NCBI GenBank assembly: GCA_037381445.1
Contig: JARRQT010000198.1
Location: 1-15,365, forward strand
DNA: 15,365 bases
DNA from: Calditrichia bacterium
Lineage (GTDB): Bacteria > Calditrichota > Calditrichia > RBG-13-44-9
Reading direction: 5' to 3'
Under the pieces are notes generated by a model. That model saw only the letters and a program-made list of their open reading frames with translations, did no database searches and had not been told where the DNA came from. Each line of letters starts with the position of its first letter. Position 1 is the first letter of the stretch. This document shows, piece by piece, positions 9,372-15,365 of this stretch. A program made the position numbers and the translations under genes.

Positions 9372-10866
9372 CTAATCCTGCAGTCTCAAACCTTGCGGAC
9401 TGGAAGGAGCCTCCGGATTAAAGCCCTGCCGGGTTCTGGAAAGCACCAGTACACCGGAGGAGGTGTCATTCACACCGCCCAGTTTGAGGCTCAGACGGCC
9501 GCCGTTCAGATTGTAAGTCTGCGGCGTCCCGTCGTCTTTGATCAGGGCCTCCACCTGATTGCTTCCCGGATTGTAAAAAGTAATATCCACAGAGATGGTC
9601 CTGTCAGATGGCGCCGGAACGGAAGAAAGCGATTTATTCCACTTGCTGGAAGGATTTATCAGAAAGAGATATTCCTTCTCATCGGTGATCCGGTAGGACC
9701 AGACCAGAATATCCGGATCGGAAGAGCTGACCGAGATATGATTTTCCGGATAGACCACCCCGGTGCCCGCTTTTCGGGACGCAAACAGCGCGGCTTCTAT
9801 GGATTTAAGTTCCGGCACAAGCGTGTTTCCATAGTAATCCCACAAATACAAATTATCACCTTCATATTTATAGGGAAATAATGATTTGGAACCGAGGGTC
9901 ACATACTGATACACCATATTTCTCTCTTCCTGGGTGTTGGGCCAGCGCCAGGTGGAAGACTGAAATATTTGCGGTACTCCCCAGGTCGGGACATCAACAA
10001 ATTCGAAATTGTCCACCACCCCCAATGAGGGATCATGCAGTTGCTCAAAATTGTTGGCGATATTTCCCAGCCAGGTTACATGGGTAAAGCAGGGGTAGGT
10101 GTCAATCATGATGAAATCGGAGGTGCCGCCGTAACCGCTCCAGTCCTCCTGCCGGTCGCCTTCGGAAGTGGATGTCACATCTACCCACCCGGCGGGATGA
10201 TAGGGATCCTCCTCTTTAACTGCATTATAGACAGTCCTTAAAGTGCTGCTGGGAATATGGGATGAACTGATCGGCTCATCGGCAATATAGTAAGCCACTG
10301 TTTTGGGCTCCTGCCGGTATCCCTGCACCCGGTCGCGGACCGCCGATTCGTCGGTTAATTCGCATCCCGTGAAGACCCACAGGGGCTGATTACCGGAAAG
10401 CGATTTGCGCACCGCGTTAAATCCCCACTGCTGAAACTGGTTCCATGTTAAGCTCAAGAATTTCGGTATCAACCGTGTTGGAGCCGTTTGTCAGCTGCAG
10501 GGTGAAATGATAGGGATCATCATCTTTAACATAGGGACCGCTGCGGGTATTCTGAAAAGAAATATCACCAACCGGCAGATTAATTATTTGCTGGGTTTGA
10601 AGGTTCTTGAAATTCCATGTTTTCAGAGATTTCCCGTCCCGTGCCAATGTCACATTCAGTGAACTCTGGGACAAAGCATTCTGGGAAAGGTCAATTTTAA
10701 TCCTGATTTTAATTTGTTCGGGTTTTGCCATTGTGGGATAGATGGCATTTCGATATTTGGGACTCACCATATTTGCCCAAAGCGGCGAATCCGCCCTGGC
10801 AAAATCCGGAACCAAGAACAGTAAACCGATAAACACCAGATAGCAGAACAATTTGAAATACTTCAT
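9372..10866 (-). pseudogene. Secreted glycoside-hydrolase-like (TIM-barrel) protein, split by an apparent deletion plus frameshift near 10447 (may be an assembly artefact)
   Basis: The N-part from ATG 10866 has a Sec signal peptide (MKYFKLFCYLVFIGLLFLVPDFARA|DS) and a beta-rich domain ending TVDTEILELN. The C-part in another frame reads TWNQFQQWGFNAV...YYIADEP...DPYHP...DFIMIDTYP...PTWGVPQIF...RWPNTQEERNMVY, then a beta-rich domain, to TAG 9372. Confidence 0.65.
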
Positions 10867-11001
10867 TCACATCTCCTTGTGTAGATCTTACACATCAAAT
10901 TTTAACGATTAATTTTTAAATATCAAAAATATGGGACTTGAAATGCCATACAAAGCGCCGCAGAGCAATTAATAAAAATAATTTGAGTCCGGACAGAACT
11001 G
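10867..11001. promoter_or_regulatory. AT-rich divergent intergenic/promoter region containing the palindrome TGTGTA-N5-TACACA (10878-10894)
   Basis: 135-bp gap between divergently oriented genes. The inverted repeat is read directly from the sequence. I could not confidently assign -35/-10 boxes. Confidence 0.6.
10873..10878 (-). promoter_or_regulatory. Shine-Dalgarno site of the secreted protein gene
   Basis: AAGGAG on the minus strand, 6 nt upstream of ATG at 10866. Confidence 0.8.
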
Positions 11002-11805
11002 ATGCCCAAAATCGATTATCATTTCCACACTGCGTATTCCTATGATTCACTCACCGAATTAAAGGAAGTTTTCGGCAGAGCGATTGAAGCCGGTCTGGAT
11101 ATGCTGTGCGTGACGGATCATGATACCATGGAAGGGGCGCTGCAACTGAAAGAATTGGAGGCTTCGCGGCTTCGGATCATTGTCGGTTGTGAATTCACCA
11201 CTGATGATCACTCGCACGTCATTGGATTGAATCTGCGGAGAATGATCAAAGAGAAAAATATTTTCATGCTGATGGAAGCGATTAAAAAGCAGGGCGGACT
11301 GGTCATGCTTCCCCACATTTTCCGGCGCGGCAACGGCATTTTCCGCAATGAGATGAAACGATCCGAGGAGTTTATTCAGCAGACGCTGCTCTATACCGAT
11401 GCGGTGGAGTGTTTCAACGGGCGGGACACCTGGGAAAACAATCGCAGGAGTTACGAATTTGTCATGCAAAACAATCTTCCCGCGGTGGCGGGCAGCGATG
11501 CCCATTCTCCGGAGGAAATCGGTTCGGTTTACGTGGCATATCCCGAGAGCGATTTTGTCCACGGACAGAGCGCCCGGCACATCTTTTTTCCCTTTCAGAA
11601 ACCGCGCGCAGAAAATCCGCTGAAGCGAAAATTAATGGAATATTATCATTTGCATAAGGAGCACCTGCCCGGATTTGTGCAGCACTCTTACCAGCAAATG
11701 AAAAGGATTCTGAAAAAGGATTCTATAAGTAATAAAAATCTGGCACCCCAATTCCAGTATGAATTTCCGGCGGTGCTTCAAAAAATAAACACTCATGAAA
11801 AATAA
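11002..11805 (+). CDS. PHP-domain metallophosphoesterase
   Basis: 267 aa with the PHP metal motifs DYHFHT, VTDHDT, GCEFTT...H, LPH, VECFNGR and GSDAH. Confidence 0.92.
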   Translation: MPKIDYHFHTAYSYDSLTELKEVFGRAIEAGLDMLCVTDHDTMEGALQLKELEASRLRIIVGCEFTTDDHSHVIGLNLRRMIKEKNIFMLMEAIKKQGGLVMLPHIFRRGNGIFRNEMKRSEEFIQQTLLYTDAVECFNGRDTWENNRRSYEFVMQNNLPAVAGSDAHSPEEIGSVYVAYPESDFVHGQSARHIFFPFQKPRAENPLKRKLMEYYHLHKEHLPGFVQHSYQQMKRILKKDSISNKNLAPQFQYEFPAVLQKINTHEK

Positions 11806-12415
11806 TATGATAATCCGGATTCAGCTCGCCGTGAAGCGTGCGGTGGATATTATGCTCTCATTGGCGCTGCTTGCTGCGCTGTCGCCCCTTCTGGCGGTAG
11901 TCGCCCTGCTGGTAAAATATTCATCACCGGGAGAAATTATATTCAAACAGCGGCGTGCCGGGAAAAATGGTAGAAACTTTACCATTTATAAATTCAGGAC
12001 CATGGTACAGGATGCGCCAAAATCCACGCTGGGCAGCTATTGCTACCAGGATGATCCCCGGCTTACCGGAATCGGAAAAATACTGCGCAAGGCCAGCCTG
12101 GATGAGCTTCCCCAGTTTTTGAATATACTCAAAGGTGAAATGAGCTTTGTAGGACCCAGGCCCGATCTGCCGCACCACGCTGAAAAATACAGTTCATTTC
12201 AACGGAAGCGATTGCGAATGAAACCGGGAATTACGGGCCGGGCGCAGGTAAACGGCCGTAACGAGCTGAGCTGGGACGAGCGCATCAAACTGGATGTGGA
12301 TTACATAGAAACCTGGTCGCTGCTCTCCGATATAAAAATTATTTTCAAAACCGTAATGGTGGTCCTCACCGGTAGAGGGTCCCAGCTCCCCAAAAAATTA
12401 GGTAACCTGCCTTGA
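11795..12415 (+). CDS. Small monotopic phosphoglycosyl transferase (bacterial sugar transferase, PglC/WbaP catalytic-domain family; initiating transferase)
   Basis: 206 aa with KRAVDI plus a hydrophobic helix containing SP, then KFRTM, DDPRLT, SLDELPQ, GEMSFVGPRP and KPGITG.AQVNGRN. Overlaps the upstream stop by 11 nt. Confidence 0.95.
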   Translation: MKNNMIIRIQLAVKRAVDIMLSLALLAALSPLLAVVALLVKYSSPGEIIFKQRRAGKNGRNFTIYKFRTMVQDAPKSTLGSYCYQDDPRLTGIGKILRKASLDELPQFLNILKGEMSFVGPRPDLPHHAEKYSSFQRKRLRMKPGITGRAQVNGRNELSWDERIKLDVDYIETWSLLSDIKIIFKTVMVVLTGRGSQLPKKLGNLP

Positions 12416-12420
12416 GACAA

Positions 12421-13476
12421 ATGTTAAAAAATGATGCAATCACCGTGCTGGTGACCGGCGTGGGCGCGCCGCCGGGGGTCAGCATCTTCAAGGCCTTTCG
12501 CCAGGCGCGTCTGAATTTGAGGCTGATCGCGACCGATGCTGATCCGCTCTCGGTGGGTCTGTTCCGCGCCGACGTGGCCTACCGGCTGCCCCGCATTTCC
12601 GAAAATGAACAGGAATATATCGGGCGTCTGAAGGAAATCTGTGCGGCGGAAAATGTGCGGCTGGCGGCCTTTGGCTCGGAAATCGAGATGCGTAAAATGG
12701 CTCCCCGCCGGGACAAATTCGAAGCGGAGAGCGGAACGAAACTGATCCTGAATTCCGCGCAGCACATCGAGCTGTTCATGGATAAATGGAATATGGTGCA
12801 GGCGCTGAATGCAAAGGCGCTGCCGGCGCCGGACAGTGTTCTGGCACGCCCGTCGCCGGAGCTGGAGAATTTCCTCGCACAGCATCCCTTCCCGGTTATT
12901 CTTAAACCCCGCCTGGGTTCCGGTTCGAAAAATTTCTATATCCTGAAAAACCGGGAAGAACTGAATTTCTTTTCCGCCTATATTCCGGACGCCATCATCC
13001 AGGAATACCTGCTGCCGGACAATGAAGAATACACGGTGGGCATTTATAAGAGTCCGTGCAACGGCTATGTCGGCCAGATCGTTTTTAAAAGAGACCTGGC
13101 GGCCGGCCTCACCTACAAGGCTGAAGTGGTATTCGATGCGGAAATTGAAGCGGTGTGCCGAAAGCTGGTGGAGTCGTTCGATATCTGGGGCCCCATCAAT
13201 ATCCAGCTTCGCAAAACATCCGCCGGGATCAAAATATTTGAGGTGAATCTCCGGTTTTCCAGTTCGGCGGTCATGCGCGCCTGCTTCGGATTCAACGAAG
13301 CGGAACTGTGCGTCCAAGACCTGTTCCTGCAGCAGACCATTCCGCCTTTCAATATCCGGAAAGGTTACGCCCTGCGTTACTGGGATGAAATCTATATTGA
13401 CGAGAATGCACTGCAGTGCCTGAGAGAATCCGGTACCATTGTAAAACCACGGAGCACCCGAATCGATGATTTCTGA
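12421..13476 (+). CDS. ATP-grasp domain protein (carbamoyl-phosphate-synthase-like / PylC-like amide ligase)
   Basis: Motifs VLVTGVG, DKW, FPVILKPRLGSGS, IIQEYL...EYTV, GPINIQ and FEVNLRFSS. ATG 12421 chosen; an alternative TTG at 12412 overlaps the upstream stop. Confidence 0.9.
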   Translation: MLKNDAITVLVTGVGAPPGVSIFKAFRQARLNLRLIATDADPLSVGLFRADVAYRLPRISENEQEYIGRLKEICAAENVRLAAFGSEIEMRKMAPRRDKFEAESGTKLILNSAQHIELFMDKWNMVQALNAKALPAPDSVLARPSPELENFLAQHPFPVILKPRLGSGSKNFYILKNREELNFFSAYIPDAIIQEYLLPDNEEYTVGIYKSPCNGYVGQIVFKRDLAAGLTYKAEVVFDAEIEAVCRKLVESFDIWGPINIQLRKTSAGIKIFEVNLRFSSSAVMRACFGFNEAELCVQDLFLQQTIPPFNIRKGYALRYWDEIYIDENALQCLRESGTIVKPRSTRIDDF

Positions 13477-14554
13477 TCGCATTTTTAAAGTGGAAAAATT
13501 GACCGACCTGAAATCCCAGGCTGCCTGGAAAGCACTATTAAATAATTCGGGAAAAGGGGACGTCTACCTGACGCCCGAATATGTGCTCTCCACCCGGTTC
13601 CTGGATGAAGGGGAAGTATTCGTTGCTTCTCTTGCCGGGGATGAGGGTGAGGCGGTGATCTATCCGTTTTACAGGCGCAGGATCCCACCTCCCGACTCCA
13701 ATAGCGGTTTAGCTGGGGATTATTATGATATCACCACGCCCTACGGTTATTCCGGTCCGCTGCTCACTTCTCCGGAAAAAATAAATACCCAATTCTTTAA
13801 ATATTTTACGGAATGGTGCCGGGACAACCGGGTGATCACCGAATTTATCCGCTATAATCCCTTCCTGGAAAATCACCGGCCCACAGCAGCAGTCACCAAA
13901 ACGGAGATCCGCAGCCGCATTGTCTACGTGGACCTCGCACGCCCGCTGCAGGAGATCACGGACGGATTTTCATCTCATCACAGGCGCAATCTGAAGAATG
14001 CCCTCAAAAACAATCTCGCTTTCCGGGAAGTGAATCCGGAGAACCGCCTGGAAGCGTTTATCTCCCTCTATTATCAAACCATGAAAAAAGTGGAAGCAAA
14101 ACCGTTCTACTTCTTTCCCAAAGAATATTTTTATTCATTGAAAGCCCTCATGGGTCCCGGCTTTCACCTGTTTGCGGTGGATTCTGACGGTGTCCCCGTC
14201 GCCATGGCGATCTGCCTGTCCCACCATCACCGGCTTCACTACCACCTGGGCGCCTCCGATGACCGCTATTTGAAACTGCGCCCAAACAATTATCTTTTTT
14301 ACGGCATCATCCAATGGGCGCAAGCGCGGGGATTCCGGATTTTCAATCTGGGCGGGGGCGTCACCCTTGATGATGCCCTGTTCAGTTTCAAACGAGGCTT
14401 CTCGGGGCATGTGTTGGATTTCTATTGCGGGAAAACGGTTTTTGATCAAAAGACCTATGCGCGGTTGAATGAAGCCGCCCGGAAATCCGGCAATCACAAA
14501 CGGGAATCGTTTTACGCCCGGACATATTTCCCCATCTACCGCAGTCAACCATAA
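13466..14554 (+). CDS. FemAB-like double-GNAT acyl/aminoacyl transferase
   Basis: 362 aa with DITTPYGYSGP, EFIRYNP, VDL...HRRNLKNA, FISLYYQTM, YHLGAS, PNNYL, FNLGGG and LFSFKRGF. Overlaps the upstream stop by 11 nt. Confidence 0.88.
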   Translation: MISDRIFKVEKLTDLKSQAAWKALLNNSGKGDVYLTPEYVLSTRFLDEGEVFVASLAGDEGEAVIYPFYRRRIPPPDSNSGLAGDYYDITTPYGYSGPLLTSPEKINTQFFKYFTEWCRDNRVITEFIRYNPFLENHRPTAAVTKTEIRSRIVYVDLARPLQEITDGFSSHHRRNLKNALKNNLAFREVNPENRLEAFISLYYQTMKKVEAKPFYFFPKEYFYSLKALMGPGFHLFAVDSDGVPVAMAICLSHHHRLHYHLGASDDRYLKLRPNNYLFYGIIQWAQARGFRIFNLGGGVTLDDALFSFKRGFSGHVLDFYCGKTVFDQKTYARLNEAARKSGNHKRESFYARTYFPIYRSQP

Positions 14555-14566
14555 CCAGAGAAAAAT

Positions 14567-15365
14567 ATGAATATGCAAATACCGCTCTCCCGGCCGGATA
14601 TTACCGGCCTGGAAATTGATGCAATTCTGGATGTCTTGAAAACACCGCACCTGAGCCTGGGGCCCAGGCTGCCAGAATTTGAAAGGATGGTGGCCGATTA
14701 TGCCGGCGCGCGTTACGGGATTGCCGTGAACAGCGGCACCAGCGGGCTGCACCTGTGCATCAAGTCCCTGGGAATCGGGCCCGGCGATGAGGTCATCACC
14801 ACACCCTTCAGTTTCATTGCCACCTCCAACTGCATCCTGTTCGAAAACGCCACACCGGTGTTCGCGGATATCGAAGCCGATTCTTTCAACATCGACTGGC
14901 GGCAAATAGAGGAAATAATAACCGGACGCACCCGTGCCATCCTTCCGGTGCATGTATTCGGCGTGCCTGCCAATATGCCCGCCATCCAAAGGGTTGCCAA
15001 AAAATACGGCCTGAAAGTGATTGAAGACGCCGCTGAGGCGCTGGGAGCGGAAATGGATGGGCAGAAAGTGGGAAACCTCGGCGACTGTGGTGTTTTTGCC
15101 TTCTATCCCAACAAACAGATCACGACGGGGGAGGGCGGCATCATCTTAACAGACAGCGAAGAAATCGACTACCTGTGCCGCAGCCTGAGAAACCAGGGGC
15201 GGGGGAACAACGGGCAGTGGCTGCAGCACGAGCGGCTGGGCTACAATTACCGGCTGTCCGATATCAACTGCGCGCTGGGGATTGCGCAGATGCAGCGGAT
15301 AGAGGAAATTCTGGAAAAACGCCGGCAGGTGGCGGTCTGGTATGAGACCGAATTGAATGATGTCG
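14567..15365 (+). CDS. DegT/DnrJ/EryC1/StrS family PLP-dependent sugar aminotransferase (3'-truncated by the window)
   Basis: Not in the ORF track. Reads MNMQIPLSRPDI...AVNSGTSGLHL...GPGDEVITTPFSFIAT...ILPVHVFG...VIEDAAEALG...FAFYPNKQITTGEGG (PLP lysine)...LGYNYRLSDINCALG, open to the window end. Confidence 0.96.
   Translation, partial: MNMQIPLSRPDITGLEIDAILDVLKTPHLSLGPRLPEFERMVADYAGARYGIAVNSGTSGLHLCIKSLGIGPGDEVITTPFSFIATSNCILFENATPVFADIEADSFNIDWRQIEEIITGRTRAILPVHVFGVPANMPAIQRVAKKYGLKVIEDAAEALGAEMDGQKVGNLGDCGVFAFYPNKQITTGEGGIILTDSEEIDYLCRSLRNQGRGNNGQWLQHERLGYNYRLSDINCALGIAQMQRIEEILEKRRQVAVWYETELNDV

Noticed and set aside
9393..10241. Plus-strand ORFs 9393..9881, 9881..10087 and 10035..10241
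   Set aside because: Antisense to the better-supported minus-strand gene, which has an SD, signal peptide and terminator. No motifs.
2335..10455. Programmed ribosomal frameshifting or phase-variable slippage at the three frame switches
   Set aside because: There is no slippery heptamer, homopolymer or SSR at any junction, and expected protein segments are missing, so recoding would not yield full-length proteins.
12424..13482. 352-aa antisense ORF exactly shadowing the ATP-grasp gene
   Set aside because: No recognisable motifs. Long antisense ORFs are an expected by-product of codon bias in GC-rich genes, and the sense gene is clearly real.
14135..14989. 284-aa antisense ORF (and nested 14713..15000)
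   Set aside because: Shadow of the GNAT and DegT aminotransferase genes on the + strand.
1..15365. CRISPR array, tRNA/rRNA, IS element, integron attC or ops/JUMPstart element
   Set aside because: I found no regularly spaced repeats, RNA-gene signatures, transposase/integrase motifs or intergenic GGCGGTAG element by eye. All intergenic gaps are short.

Overview
Bacterial Wzx/Wzy-type surface polysaccharide (EPS, capsule or O-antigen) locus in three blocks. Block 1 (+, 1-9282): 3' end of a flippase, two CE4/NodB-like deacetylases, a Wzy/O-antigen-ligase-family membrane protein, three GT4 glycosyltransferases and a heparinase II/III-like protein. Block 2 (-, 9372-10866): one secreted glycoside-hydrolase-like gene with its own RBS and intrinsic terminator. 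Block 3 (+, 11002-end): a tightly coupled run of PHP phosphoesterase, monotopic phosphoglycosyl transferase, ATP-grasp ligase, FemAB-like GNAT and DegT-family aminotransferase, which looks like an amino-sugar N-acylation module. Three genes (wzy-like near 2340, first GT4 near 3877, secreted protein near 10447) change frame at a point where an expected conserved segment is missing. This pattern means internal deletions or collapsed assembly gaps, not simple 1-nt frameshifts. I saw no RNA genes, CRISPR arrays or mobile elements. All family calls come from motif recognition, with no database search.
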